A stretch of DNA of 64,000 nt from Octopus sinensis. Taxonomy: Eukaryota. The stretch lies in NCBI RefSeq assembly GCF_006345805.1, contig NC_042998.1, positions 22,692,001 through 22,756,000 of the forward strand, read 5' to 3'. Each line of letters begins with the position of its first letter. Within the stretch, counting starts at the first letter, position 1. Below are positions 25,549-38,810 of the stretch, one piece after another. The notes under the pieces were generated by a model. It ran no database searches and was not told the origin of the DNA. It was given only the letters and a program-made list of their open reading frames with translations. A program made the translations under genes and the position numbers.

Positions 25549-25930
25549 ACAGAATTGTTAGCATGCCGGGCGAAACGCTTAGCGGTATTTCGTCTGCCGT
25601 TATATTCTGAGTTCAAATTCCGCTGAGGCTGACTTTGCCTTTCATCTTTTTGGGGTCGATAAATTAAGTACCAGTTACGCACTGGGGGCGATGTAATTGA
25701 CTTAATCCGTTTGTCTGTCCTTATTTGTCCTCTTTGTGTTTAGCTCCTTGTGGGTAGTAAAGAAATAGGTATTTTGTGTGCAGCTACATTCTGAGTTCAA
25801 ATTCCGCTGAGGTCAACTTTGCATTTTATCCTTTCAGAGTTGGTAAATTAAGTACCAGTGAAATACTGGGGTCAATGTAATCAACTCGTCCCCTCCTGCC
25901 AAATTTCAGGCCTAGTGCCTTTAGAATAAA
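25549..25930 (+). mobile_element. SINE family B copy plus a following partial copy
   Basis: Family core at 25549-25767 and again at about 25770-25930. Confidence 0.75.
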
Positions 25931-26328
25931 GGATTATTATTATTATTGTTGTTGCTGTTGTTGTTATTATTACTAGTGCAACACCTTAACCACAAGGCCA
26001 TGTGAGGATACTTGGCCTAGTGATTTAAGGTGTTGCACTCACAATCAGGAAATTGCGGTTTCAATTCCTAGACTGGGTGGTGTGCTGCGTTCTTGAACAA
26101 ACACACTTCATCTCTCATTGCTCTGTGCTCACTGTGACCCCCGACGCACAGCACATTGTGCGTCTGTTCAGGCAACATTGAATTCATGGAAGTTGTGAGC
26201 TAATGTGCGGCACATACATTTGATCACTATGAACAAATCATTTATGCGGGTCGTTATGCAAAAGCTGAAAACTCATACATCATCTTCAACAAAAGAGTCC
26301 ATCATCATCATCATCATCATCATCATCT

Positions 26329-26360
<32 letters not shown>

Positions 26361-26845
26361 GTTATTATTATTATTACTATTATGATTATGATAATTTATT
26401 AGCATCTGTCATTATAAATATATTCATTCTATTCTTTATTGGAATATATACCATCTTTGATATATTCATACTTAAATTTATTGGAATATACTCTTGCTAA
26501 TATATTCAATCTGTCCTTTATGAGAATATTGCATCAATAATATATTCACTTAATCCTTTAATTTACCATCATTAATATATTCAATCTTCATTACTGTCAC
26601 TCTTCAATTTCTCACAAAACTATGTGTATGCATGTAAGCCAAGCCTATTTGCATCCTTCAATTAGGAATATAATTAAATAAATAAATTTTAAAATAACTT
26701 TTCTGCTACTGAATCGTCTGTGTTTGTGATTAACTAAATTTAAACCGGCAATACTGCAATTGGTTGTTTTCGTAGTGTCCTGCTGACTGCTAAATTGGTC
26801 TGATGGTCAATCAAAATTCATTGATACGATACAGTATATAATACA

Positions 26846-27254
26846 GGGTGCAGGAGTGGCTGTGTGGTAAGTAGCTTGCTTACAAACCACATGGTTCCGG
26901 GTTCGGTCCCACTGCGTGGCACCATGGGCAAGTGTCTTCTGCTATAGCCTCGGGCCGACCAATGCCTTGTGAGTGGATTTGGTAGACGGAAGCTGAAAGA
27001 AGCCCGTCGTACATATGTATATATATATGTGTGTGCATGTGTGTTTGCGTGTCTGTGTTTGTCCCCCTAGCATTGCTTGACAACCAATGCTGGTGTGTTT
27101 ATGTCCCTGTCACTTAGCGGTTCAGCAAAAGAGACCAATAGAATAAGTACTAGGCTTACAAAGAATATGTCCCGGGGTCGATTTGCTTGACTAAAGGCGG
27201 TGCTCCAGCATGGCCGCAGTCAAAGGACTGAAACAAGTAAAAGAGTAAAGAGAG
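26846..27254 (+). mobile_element. SINE family A, full length
   Basis: Family head, core and tail. Confidence 0.85.
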
Positions 27255-27260
27255 TAATAT

Positions 27261-27600
27261 GTGAAGGTGCATGGCTCAGTGGTTAGAGCATCGGGCTCAC
27301 AATCATGAGGTATTGAGTTCAATTCCCAGACCAGGCTGTGTGATGTGTTCTTGAGCAAGACACTTTAGTTCATGCTGCTCCAGTTCACTCAGCTGTAGAA
27401 ATGAATTGAGATGTCAATGGTGCCAAGCTGTATCGGCCCCTTTGCCTTTCTCTTGGATAACATTGATGGCATGGAGGGCAGGCTGGTATGTGTGGGCGAC
27501 TGCTGGTCTTCCATAAACAACCTTGCCTGGATTTGTGCCTTGAAGGGAAACTTTCTAGATGGAATCCCATGGTCCTTCATGACTGAAATGGGTTTTTTTA
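27261..27600 (+). mobile_element. tRNA-derived SINE family D with CORE/Meta-like central domain
   Basis: tggctcagtggttagagc A-box, gagttcaattccc B-box, gtgttcttgagcaagacactt..ctccagttcactcagctg core. Confidence 0.7.
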
Positions 27601-27800
27601 ATCTTTTACCCTTTATAACACACACACACACTCATATCACTTTTAAGTTATCTCTACAAATTTTCTATAGAAATTAGAGCCAACACTGAAAGTTGCAATA
27701 TTTTGTATATGAATACGTCTATGTAAACAATGTGATCAAAGATAGAAAGATAGGTAGTAAGTGGATATGCACATTTCATGAGTTATTGTTCTTTCTTCAG

Positions 27801-27913
27801 TATCACATCCAACCCATTAACCATCCATGAGCACATTACTTTAATAGCAATGTTTAGCGGTGTAACATTATTGGATAGACCAATTGACATATTAAGCACA
27901 TTCCTGGCAACTG
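27801..27913 (+). CDS. Candidate internal coding exon (113 nt, phase 2 in, phase 1 out)
   Basis: Strong acceptor ttgttctttcttcag| and donor CTG|gtatgt. Only one frame is open: ITSNPLTIHEHITLIAMFSGVTLLDRPIDILSTFLAT. Non-repetitive sequence with an antisense 80-aa ORF over it. Confidence 0.5.
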
Positions 27914-28139
27914 GTATGTACATATTAATTGCACCATATTTCGTTTTGCAACCATAATCTACAATTAAGTATAATAAAGGTTTATAAGTCAATACTGTAT
28001 ATATTACAATGGTCACTCCCATCAAGTTTGATATGTGAGTGTTTGAAGGAGGGGATTCAAAGGGAAAAAATCACAACAAAGTGAGAAAAAGAAAAAATGT
28101 GAAACAAAGAAAAATCCACTTTAAGAATAAGAGAAGCTG

Positions 28140-28880
28140 TGTCTATTTGTGATGGATGCATTGACTGGCTTCCGTGCCGGTGGCATGCAAAAAGCACCAA
28201 CTATTCGTGGCCATTGCCAGCCTACCCTGGCACCTGTGGCCGATGCCAGTGCCACCTTGACTGGCTTCTGTGTTGGTGGCGCATAAAAACCACCAATCGA
28301 TTGTGGCCATTGCCAGCTTCCGCTGGTACCTGTGCCGGTGGCATGTAAAAAGCACCATCTGTACGTGGTCGATGCCAGCTTCACCGTGACTGGCTTCCAT
28401 GCCAGTGGCACGTAAAAAGCACCAACCGATCGTGGCTGTTGCCAGCCTCCCCTGGCACCTGTGCCGGTGGCATGTAAAAAAGCACCCACTACACTCACGG
28501 AGTGGTTGGCGTTAGGAAGGGCATCCAGCTGTAGAAACACTGCCAGATCAGACTGGAGCCTGGTGCAGCCTCCTGGCTTCACAGACCCTGGTCGAACCAT
28601 CCAACCCATGCTATCATGGAAAACGGACGTTAACCCTTTTGATACCAACCTGGCTGAAACCAGCTCTGGCTCTGAGTACAAATGTCTTGTTTTCATAAGT
28701 TTTGAATTAAAATCTTCCACCAAACTTTAGTCACAATTTATGTTCCTAACACTAGCTTATTGATAACTTAGTTATTTTACTAAATTATTTGTTATATTGA
28801 AAGTATTTGAAAGAAACACAGAGCATCTCAAAATAAATACAGTAACAAAAGGGTTAAACGATGATGATGATGATGATGAT
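28140..28880 (+). mobile_element. RTE 3'-tail element with expanded internal tandem units, split by a MITE
   Basis: About six gccggtggcatgtaaaaagcacc-type units; ggacgTTAA[MITE]TTAAacgatgatg. Confidence 0.8.
28634..28853 (-). mobile_element. piggyBac-like MITE (same family as the 13.1-14.0 kb array)
   Basis: TTAA at 28630-33 and 28854-57; cccttt/aaaggg ends; splits an RTE tail. Confidence 0.9.
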
Positions 28881-29900
28881 TAGGATTTTGCTATGAAGTC
28901 ACAATGTAGACAATGGTGATTTTGATTTTGCCTGGGATTGTGTCTGTTGATTGCAGGATACAATTCTTTTCTTGTTCTGTTTCTTCAACTCAATTTGTTT
29001 TGATGCATCATGACACATTTTACACCATACAGATCAATCTAGGCAATGACTTTCCCAAGATATCAAATTAAGCTATAGAGACTTTCAGTGATTGCTTCAA
29101 CTTATCCTTATACCTAAGGATGGGGATCTTCCTTTACTATGGTGTCCTTCGACAGGTTGACCATACAAAAGAATTTTCAGAATGCTCTCGTCCTTCATTC
29201 GAACAGCATATCCTACCCATCTTACTGAATTCTCAGACAAATATAGACATAGATGTTTGAATTATTTCCATTCTTTATTTATCACAATCTTTATTTGCAT
29301 AAAATCATAATGAATTTTACTTCATAAATTGATAGCAAAGATGTTAATGTAAATCATATGAGACTGTCTAAGCACCAAGCTAACCGATATCTTATTGATG
29401 TGGCATTTGAAATACCCTCTCACTGAAATCCAGCTTTAAGTTTAGAAGCCATTTGACTCTTTGAATAATTACAGTTAATTATGAATAGTTAATTTCCAAA
29501 GAAAGTTTCTCAATACATTTCCATTTATCTCGGTGTGAACGCTTCCTAAGCTCTAAAAAGCCTTTAAAAGCTAGCATTTATCTCTGATTCAAAGTAGATA
29601 CTTTGATGAGAACTGAAGTTAAACCTCAGAGCACTTTGGGATAGAGGAAAATCCTTTATCCCAAAGTATTCTTGACTTTAGCTCTAGTTCCATGGCATGA
29701 AGCAATTAAGATTTAAATCTCCTTTTGCATAAAATAACAGTTTATTTCAAGTAACACTTCCCGATGAACTGGTAACTGTTCTTCACTGCTAAATGCAGGT
29801 GCTTACATGGACAACAAAGCACAGGGAATTTGAACTAAAAAAGGCCATACTTAGTTATTTTGATATTGATAGGATTTTGACTGAAAAAATTCTATTTCTT
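28880..29900 (-). mobile_element. Degraded RTE-BovB-like LINE 3' region
   Basis: Minus strand RWVGYAVRMKDESILKILLYGQPVEG..GR..YKDKLKQSLK. The upstream limit is approximate. Confidence 0.55.
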
Positions 29901-29962
29901 GTTTCTTATTAAAGATTTTGTACTAGGTTTATCTCCTGGATGTCATTTACTTGTGAAAAGTA

Positions 29963-30124
29963 AGGAGTGGATGTGTGGTAAGTAAACAGCTTGTTTACGA
30001 ACCACATGGTTCCGGGTTCAGTCCCACTGCATGGTGCCTTGGGCAAGTGTCTTCTACTATAGCCTCAGGCCGGCCAAAGCCTTGTGAGTGGATTTGGTAG
30101 ACGGAAACTGAAAGAAGCCTGTCG

Positions 30125-30186
<62 letters not shown>

Positions 30187-30398
30187 ATAAGTTGTGTCTG
30201 TGTTTGTCCCCCCAACATCCCTTGACAACTGATGCTGGTGTGTTTATGTCCCCATAACTTTGTGGTTTGGGAAAAGGGACCGATAGAATAAGTACTAGGC
30301 TTACAAAGAATAAGTCCTGGGGTCAATTTGCTCGACTAAAGGCGTTGCTTCAGCATGGCCACAGTCTAATGACTGAAACACGTAAAAGAGTAAAGGAG
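29963..30398 (+). mobile_element. SINE family A, full length
   Basis: Family head, core and tail. Confidence 0.85.
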
Positions 30399-30517
30399 TA
30401 CCTCATTAAGTCAGATAAACCAGAAGAAATCTGAGTTACAAGAGTGATTGTTAGTGTTGACTTTCACCATCATCTTTGAGTGTCAATGTTGTAGTTATGT
30501 GTGTTCTGAGTGTGCAG

Positions 30518-30544
30518 GTTTACCTAGCACACCCATCAAAGATG
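30518..30544 (+). CDS. Candidate 27-nt microexon (phase 1-1)
   Basis: Acceptor gtgtgcag|, donor ATG|gtaaat. Phase-1 frame reads (G)LPSTPIKD. Confidence 0.33.
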
Positions 30545-30904
30545 GTAAATTATTCATAAATATTAAGCTCATTTAATAATGTTATCGTGGTTTATAACAT
30601 GTAACTAATTATTCTGTCTCTTGTTATGAAATATTTTGCCTCTTAAGCATTGCACACTGCACAGTTAGATGTATCATATTTACTGTGTTATACTGAATTT
30701 TTTATTTTATTTTATTTTATTTTTTTTATGAGACCTGATATCAAAACTTTTGTCTTTATCCGTAATCTCAGAATAAAGATTCTTGAAGTATACTTTGTCT
30801 TACAGCTTGTATAAAAAAATGTGATGAATAAATGTTTCATTTATTTTTTTTATTTCATATATCTCTCAGTGTCAGTATTTCATTTATTTGATGTCTTTCT
30901 AGAC

Positions 30905-31187
30905 CAGTGGTTGTCAACCATTTTTTTTTTTACTTATGGACATCTTTGATACCTTACTTGTAGTAATTCGATGTTCAAAAAAATAATATTTTACTTTTTA
31001 TAATTAAATATTATTTGGAGTCGTATTGAAAATATGTTAAACTATTTTGTGCATTCTAGAAGTATAACCAATTTGTTGCACATGAATTTTAACAACAAAA
31101 TCTTGTATGGACTCCCAGTGTCAATTGGGCCCCCTAGTGTCATATGGACCCCGCTAATGTCATTTGGACCCCAGTTGAGAACCGTTG
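30905..31187. mobile_element. hAT-Charlie-like MITE
   Basis: cagtggttgtcaa..ttgagaaccgttg ends; 8-bp TSD ttctagac/tcctagac. Confidence 0.75.
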
Positions 31188-31368
31188 TCCTAGACTTTTC
31201 TCAACCAGAAATATTCATAATTAGGTGATTAACTTTATTGCCTCAAGAGAAAGGATGTTTATTTTCTTAAAATGCAATAAGAGGTCTGGAATGGATCCTG
31301 TTATTTTTCTAGATCTGTGAGAGGTCAATAGACCTGTCACAGGTCTTGAGTAGTTTTCAATAAGATGG

Positions 31369-32838
31369 GTGCAGAGTAGTTTTCAATAAGATTAAGGCAT
31401 GGTATAGATATAGCTATGGATTTAGGACCATACTAATTTGTTTGGCTGACTATGTGCCACAAGTCAGCTTAGCATTACACAGCAATGATAAAGTGCTGAT
31501 ACCTCTCAGCACTTAGAGCTAGCAAAACATCATCCAAATGCATCTAGTTAGTTATGCCATATCCTTGTTGCTTACAACAGTGAACTTAAATTTCATATGG
31601 TACATATTTTCTGCTGAGAACCCCAGGCCATTAAGTATCTTTGCCAGGTCCTTGGCATAGCATTGTTAACTCGATTCAAACAATTTATTTTTCTGATAGG
31701 CCAACACCACAATGGCGTGGTCAGCTCTAACTCTTAACGATACAATAGGCATAACAATATAAATGTGAATATGACTGAACTGCAACTAACTGATGACCTT
31801 AACCCTTTAGCATTTAAACTGGTCACATCCAGCCAAATAGTCTTTCTGTTTTATGTTCAAACTGGCTAGAATCAAACCTCTCACACCTCCTCCAACATTG
31901 TCATTCTAAGCATGAAACATCATGTCATTGAAATCTGAAAGCTATAAGATAATGCATGAGTAATTCAAAACAATGTGAATATATAAGCATTACGTTTGAC
32001 AGAATAATCTGAATGCTAAAGGGTTAAAATATGATATGTTAGAATTAATGATAATTGATATGAGATTTCTTTCTGCATTAACAAAATGGTTGTTACTAAT
32101 ACCTGCTGGTTAACTTATGATCTGCAGAGAAATAACAGATGGCTGAGACAAGTATTCTAAAAGTAATTATTATTAATAATAAGTTCTCATAGTTTTGTTT
32201 AGCTGGCAATACAAATACAAATAATTTCTTTGATAAAGCACAAGATCAAATTTTATAGAGGAAGGGATACATTTCATGTAGTCACAATAGTTTACTGGTG
32301 ATAGTTTTGATATTAGAGGGACAAAAAGTGAAATTGACTTCAGCTTGATTTGGAACAAACTAGACACCATATACAAGAAAAAAAAAATCCATCAAAAGTT
32401 GTTCTATGTGTGCTAAATATATTATCTCAGATCAGTGATGTATTTGATAGATTTTTTTGTGACAAATCTTTATAATTCACCTGTTTTTTTTTAGCTTTGT
32501 TTATCATCCTACCTTCTTTTCTGGTATATTATATCCAAGACTGAGTCAACCAATATAAAAACAACCATTTTAAAGATAATAGAGAGTGGTTTGAGGGACA
32601 TATATGGTTGCTATATCTAGCAGGCTTAGCAACAGTATACAAGCTTCCTCAGGAGAGTACATTCTGTCTAGAGTACCACAAAACAGTACATACAATCAAC
32701 CACTACATATCAAAATGTGCAGAGTAGTTTTCAATTAGATGAAGGCATGGTATAGATACAGCTATGGATTTAGGACCATACTAATTTGTTTGGCTGACTA
32801 TGTGCCACAAGTCTGCTTAGGATTACACGGCATTGATA
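31369..32838 (+). repeat. 122-bp direct repeat pair (31369-31490 and 32717-32838)
   Basis: 115/122 identical. Confidence 0.9.
31803..32023. mobile_element. piggyBac-like MITE, family 2
   Basis: TTAA TSDs and 12-bp TIR ccctttagcatt/aatgctaaaggg. Confidence 0.85.
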
Positions 32839-33432
32839 ATGATATATCATTAATCTGATACCATGATATATTGTTAATTAAGGAACTTTTCTATGTAAAG
32901 TGATACAATATACTATACATCCATTCATAGCATTTGTAACAAATTGGTGTCGTAAACTCATAACTGGTGTTCAAATGAGTAAAAGCATTTTCAGCTGATA
33001 TAACCTTGGAAAATAATGCTGTAGGCATTTATTCTTATCAGTCATCATATAAATAATAGACTTATTTAAAAACATTAGCTATTCACTTTTGAAAATCAAA
33101 AAGTTATATTAAAAAATAAAAACATGTAATTTTTAATAACATTCCAATATGTTTATGCTGTTGTATAGTGCTGTTCAGCTCTTAACGAGAAGGCATATGA
33201 TATATTTATAAAATGTCAAACTATTATGTACATTGCCATAGATATATCGTGCTTCTCTTACAGGAAGACAACCCTGCATACTCTGACATACACTGGTTTA
33301 TCATATATGGTGAACTGTAACAGTTTGGAATATACCATATATGTATTTTACTTTGTTGTAACATACCTCTTAAAGGCGCTTCTACTATTTGGTGCTTTTA
33401 GCTGTTTTTGTAAAGCATATCTGCTTTTAGGC

Positions 33433-33802
33433 CAAAGGTTCTCAATGGGGACCATATGGCCTCCTGGGGTGGGGCCATTTGGAGCTTGAGGGGGCATTTT
33501 GGAGCAATGGGGCTCTCTTGTACCAAAGAGCACTCTTTCGATTGACAGTTGATCTCATAAGTGTCGCATGGTGGAAATAAGCGCAATTACCAAACTTTTA
33601 ATTTATTATTTCATGTTTTTCATTTCAATTTGTACACCTGTACTTCCAACTGTGTACAAGTGCAGATGTAAAATGATGTCCTTTATTTTTTAATCATTAT
33701 CTGCCGATATCAAAATAAGTAGTATATTGAAAAATAAAAATATCTACTTGAGGATGGGTGGCATTTGTGACTCCAAGGGTCAAAATGGGTTGAGAGCCTT
33801 TG
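33433..33802. mobile_element. hAT-Charlie-like MITE
   Basis: caaaggttctcaa..ttgagagcctttg ends; 8-bp TSD ttttaggc/ttttagac. Confidence 0.75.
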
Positions 33803-35956
33803 TTTTAGACCAAGCTTTCTATGGTTGTCTTCAAATTTCTTAAAAATAATAAAACTGATTTATTTCCCCATTGGTTTTTGCAGTTATATTAGAATGTCTA
33901 AAAATTTAAATGAATAAGAGTTGATAGTTGTAATGTTTATGCATTTCCCAAGAGAATTAGTGCTATGAGGTGAAGTGAAATAGCTAGAAATGAGATTGTT
34001 TGCTTCAAGTTTACCATCTACAATTAACTACATTAAATATTACAAGAACCAAACTAAATTTCTCAGATAAATTCTTATTCAATATATATTTCAAACAATC
34101 TCTCCTTTGCTCTTCTATTTCCGACCCTTAATATTCAGGCTATTTTAATTGATACCCAAGATAGTTCAATTTCACCAAATTTTAGTTCTGACCTTTGTAT
34201 CTCTTTCGATAAATCAGGTTTGATAATACGTTTCCTTTATTCATTCTTATCACATTCTGCCTAATTTTCAAAACCAGTCTAGTAAATTAGCAGATTTACA
34301 TCACCATCTTAAGTTTATCCATGAAAGAATACATTGCAAGCCCACCAACGGTGTTCGCTTCTTATCTCAAGCATGTGCTGTTAATTGTGGACCATGCTGT
34401 GACTCCTATTAGATTTTGATTTCTTAAAATCTTTACATACCATAAGATATTCAATCAAGATTTGGTAGTCTGTAATTTAGTTTCTTTTGACATATCACAT
34501 TCACCACTAACTACTACTGCGTTATATAATTACAAATCCTTAGAACACTTTTAAATTATTGTTTTTACCACAGTACTTTATTATATGATATTAGCTGTAC
34601 CTATATATCTTTATTTTCACCTCTCCTTTTACTCCACTTTTACCGTAATATCAGTTTTCAAGTGTCTTCTAAAAGTGGATCAATATAGGTTTACTTACAG
34701 CCATTCAAATATTCTTGTATCAAGTATGGAATTAAATGCTCTCAATGTTCTTATTGGTTGTATATTTTCACATTTTCACCTGCATGTGTTTGTGTGTCTG
34801 TATACACCAGGAAAGAAAAGGTAAACCGCATATAGTGAACACTTTATGTCTCTTTCTGATGGTTTTAGAAACAATGTAATCTTGTGTTTATTATTTTCAA
34901 GAACAATTGTGTACATATCTAAATGTTAGACCAGCTTATGTACATACATGTAGCTACAACCATTTATAAATTCATACAATGAAAGAACAATTGAAGTATT
35001 CAAGTTATTTCAAGAATCTATTTCATGATATCAGAATGTATTCCTTACAGGATACTTCTTGCCAAATTAATTTCTGTCTTTTTTTTTTTATTTATTTTTG
35101 TTTTTATATTTGGTGCCCTTATTGAGAATTGATCATCTGAATTAACTTTATATTTCTGGTTCTATTTTGAGCTTATTTTCCAAGAACTTGCTTCAATCTA
35201 TTTTCATATTAAAAAAAAAAAAGTTCCATGATGTTACTTTGATTATTTTTAAAAAAAAATGTTTTCTCTAATTTTGTTTCTTATTATCTTCAGATCTTAT
35301 TTTCTCTCTATATAGTATATCAGTAATTTCTTTTCCTACCATGTTTCTTTTTTCTTATGAAATGCATTCAATTAATTTCAGATATTTTTCAGAGTTCAAC
35401 CCTTTCTTTATTATATTATGCATGTTTTTCCTCTTTTGTGTTTGAAAGTTCCTATTATCTTTCTATTTTTTATAGGAACTGAATTTCAATACTTATTTGT
35501 TTTTATATTGACATTCGGGAGACAGGCTTAACTGACTCCTCTAGTTGAACGTTTCAGCTGAATACTTGCTGCTAACTACTATTTCATCAGTTTGGACTGG
35601 ATTTGAACCCACCTCATGCTCTGTCTGTATTGACCTTCACTCATGATTTCAGTGGCCAACTATGAAAGCTCTCTTAACTGAAATATTAAACTAGAGGACT
35701 GGTAGCATAAATGAAAGGCTTCTGGAGTTTGTCAACATGTCTGACCTAACTAGGGTTCTGAAAATAGATGACAGTGGTTTCACAATGTAACAAGCTTGAA
35801 CAAGGGGTGGTTGTACTTGGTCAAATGGGCTAAACGCAGTTTTGTTTATGGCTTGCCCAGTTTGTAGGAAGGGAATAAATGAATTTTATTGACAGTGATG
35901 ACACATTTCTTTTAATAAAACAAGCTAGTAAGCCATTGGCTTTGACTATATTACCT

Positions 35957-36166
35957 ATTTCTGTACTACCCACAAGGGGCTAAACACAGAGGGGACAAAC
36001 AAGGACAGACAAAAGGATTAAGTTGATTACATCGACCCCAGTGTGTAACTGGTACTTAATTTATCAACCCCAAAAGGATGAAAGGCAAAGTCGACCTTGG
36101 TGGAATTTGAACTCAGAATGTAACGGCAGACGAAATACCGCTAACGTTTCTGCCAGCTCGCCACCT
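35957..36166 (-). mobile_element. SINE family B
   Basis: Reverse complement of the family, with a small deletion in the head. Confidence 0.8.
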
Positions 36167-36434
36167 TGACTATATTACCACCCAGGCCAACCACTTCAAA
36201 GCATTTGTGAGGTTTTTGTGGTTCCATGAATATCAGCTTATGAGAGGAATATTACCTAAATAGTAAAACAAGGTCTGTGAGTGTTTATAACCTGACCTAG
36301 TTGTACTCACTGATTGTCAATGAAAGTAAAGGACAGCATCAAATATATCTCATAGTGGAATAAGGCTGGTGAGAGTATGCAAACTTGTTGTACATCATTT
36401 CAACACCAGATCCATGGCTTTCCTCTCTATATAT

Positions 36435-36665
36435 ATTTCTTTACTACCCACAAGGGGCTGAATACAGAGGGGACAAACAAGGACAGACAAACGGATTAAG
36501 TTGATTATATCAACCCCAGTACGCAACTGGTACTTAATTTATCGACCCCGAAAGGATGAAAGGCAAAGTCGACCTCGGTGGAATTTGAACCCAGAACGTA
36601 ACGGCAGACGAAACACGGCTACGCATTTCGCCCGGCGTGCTAACGTTTCTGCCAGCTCGCCGCCT
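36435..36665 (-). mobile_element. SINE family B
   Basis: Reverse complement of 40036-40267. Confidence 0.85.
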
Positions 36666-36679
36666 TTCCTCTCTATATA

Positions 36680-37594
36680 TTGGTTCATCCCATAAAAAAA
36701 TGCGATTTTTTTTCAATTGTATGAACTAAAAGTTGGAGGGTTATGGGTTATCTACCTGCATCAACTTACTATAAAAGCAAGTAGTAATTTTACCTTGCGC
36801 TTATTCTTAGTGCAAGTTTTGAAGAGTGCAGTTCGATTTTAACAGTTATTTTTTCGAAGCTATAATGGAAATGACAAAGGAGCATATTCAGCATATTTTG
36901 CTTTATGAGTTCAATAAAGGCAACAACGGAAAGTGCAAGAAATATTAATGCAGTATATGGGGATTGGACAATAAGCCTAATTCATTGTCAATGGTGGTTC
37001 CGGAATTTCTGAGCCAGAAACTACAGTCTAGAAGATGAGCCTTGTCCTGGAAGATCTCTGGAGCTCAACAAGGACATCCTGCTAATTCTGGTGGAACAAA
37101 ATTTCATCGTAACTGTTGAGGATCTCGCAGAGGAGCTTGGATTTAGTCATTCAGTGAGTCATTCAAGTAAATGCTAGAAGAAAAATGGCCATCTTTGGTT
37201 TCGAGGTGAAAGGTGTTCTATCATAATGCTTGGCCATATACAGTGAAAATGACATTCCAAAGGCTGGAGCAGTTTGAATGGGAACTGATGCCCCACCCAC
37301 TATATTCACCGGACATTGCCCCATCAGATCATCATTTATTCCGCAGTATTCAAAATCATCCGGAAGGAAAAAATATGAATTCTGTAGACGAGGTCAGAGC
37401 AGTACTTGAGGAGTATTTTTCATCACGGACAAGTGGAATTTTGGAAGAGGGGCCTTGCAAGTTTACCAGATAGATGAAAGAGCATTGTAGAAAATGAAGG
37501 AGAGTATATTTTAGATTAAAAAGGAACTTTGTTTATCTTAATCTTGAAAAACAAAAGAAGTATAAAAAACACTATTGTTTATGGGATGACCCAG
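36680..37594 (+). mobile_element. Internally deleted mariner element (D,D34D type) with TIRs and TA TSD
   Basis: TIRs ttggttcatcccataaa / tttatgggatgacccag flanked by TA. MEMTKEHIQHILLYEFNKG from 36865; HNAWP..HPLYSPDIAPSDHHLFRS..GEYILD* ending 37519. Central part missing. Confidence 0.9.
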
Positions 37595-37899
37595 TATTTC
37601 AGCTTTGGTCGGAATACTGATTAGTCCTACGCAATGAAGCAGAACAACTTTGGTAGCATGCTTCCATTATATTCCACAATTACTGATGTGATACTAAACT
37701 GAAAATGACCCCACGCACCCCACAAATAAAACGACTGTAGATTGCTGGATAAATCGTCTTTTCATTCAAAAGACGTTGCAGTCTGAAGAATTGATCAGCA
37801 CATCCATAGATCACTAAGCTTGATGAAGTATGAGCTTCTTTGATATAGGAAAAATAATTTCAGGAGATAATGGTAAAACTTTTTTTTTGGCAACATTAA

Positions 37900-38120
37900 C
37901 CCTTTAGCATTTAAACCGGCCATATCCGGCCAAAAGTATTCTGCCTGTTTTATGTTCAAACTGGCCAGATCTGGTCTCTCACACCAACCCTACAATATCA
38001 TTTTAAAAATTAACAGCTACCTCATCAAAATCTCATAGCTACAAGATAATGCATGATTAGTTCAAAACAATGTGGATGAAGAAGCATTAATTGTGGCAGA
38101 ATAATGCGAACACTAAAGGG
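37900..38120. mobile_element. piggyBac-like MITE, family 2
   Basis: TTAA TSDs, ccctttag..ctaaaggg ends, homologous to 31803-32023. Confidence 0.85.
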
Positions 38121-38456
38121 TTAAATTGACTCCAAACTAGTTCTAATATGGCATCATATTGCCATTCTTAAAAGAATCAGTTAAAACTGCAGTCTTCCAG
38201 TCATGTGGAAGTCTTTCAGTATTCTGAGATGCTTGCTGGATCCTTGATGTGAATTCCAAGACATTCGACCAATAGCAATGTTCTCTAAATTTAACATTTG
38301 ACTTTTAATTTTACATGTAAAGTATTTTGAAAGGCGATAGGCTGATTCAAATGTCTCTACTTGTTTATTTACATACTTGTGTTTGTGCGTGCGTGTGTGC
38401 GCACATACACATCCACACACACACATACATATATGCAAATATATATATACACACAC

Positions 38457-38489
<33 letters not shown>

Positions 38490-38649
38490 TTTATAACTAC
38501 ACATACATACATATATGCATATACATATATATATATAAATAAAGATCAAGGGAATCAGAGAAAGGCAGAATGCTACTTATATCTGAACACTACTATAGAA
38601 ATATTCTTTTAAAAAAACTTTTCTTCTAATTTTTCTAAATTTAATTATT

Positions 38650-38810
38650 TAATCGTTACAGTTGAAAAGGTCTCAAAATGACCGAAACCGGTACTGAAAG
38701 ATTCACTATAAAATTATCTTAGCATTTTCTATTTTTGACTTGTTTTTTCATAATTGTTCGTTTGTTTTCCACCTGCCTTCGTCTTTTGTTTATTTTCATA
38801 AAGCTTCCCG

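Noticed and set aside
28140-28480. Regularly spaced repeats that might suggest a CRISPR-like array
   Set aside because: Degenerate tandem units inside an RTE 3' UTR, no unique spacers, no cas genes, eukaryotic context.
34701-34820. 120-nt AG..GT segment open in two frames
   Set aside because: T-rich composition including TG repeats; not compatible with the phase-1 chain.
37783-37822. CTGAAGA, tgatc/gatca stem and AAGCTT palindrome
   Set aside because: G12/A13 are replaced by CT and stem I does not pair; at best a dead hammerhead relic.
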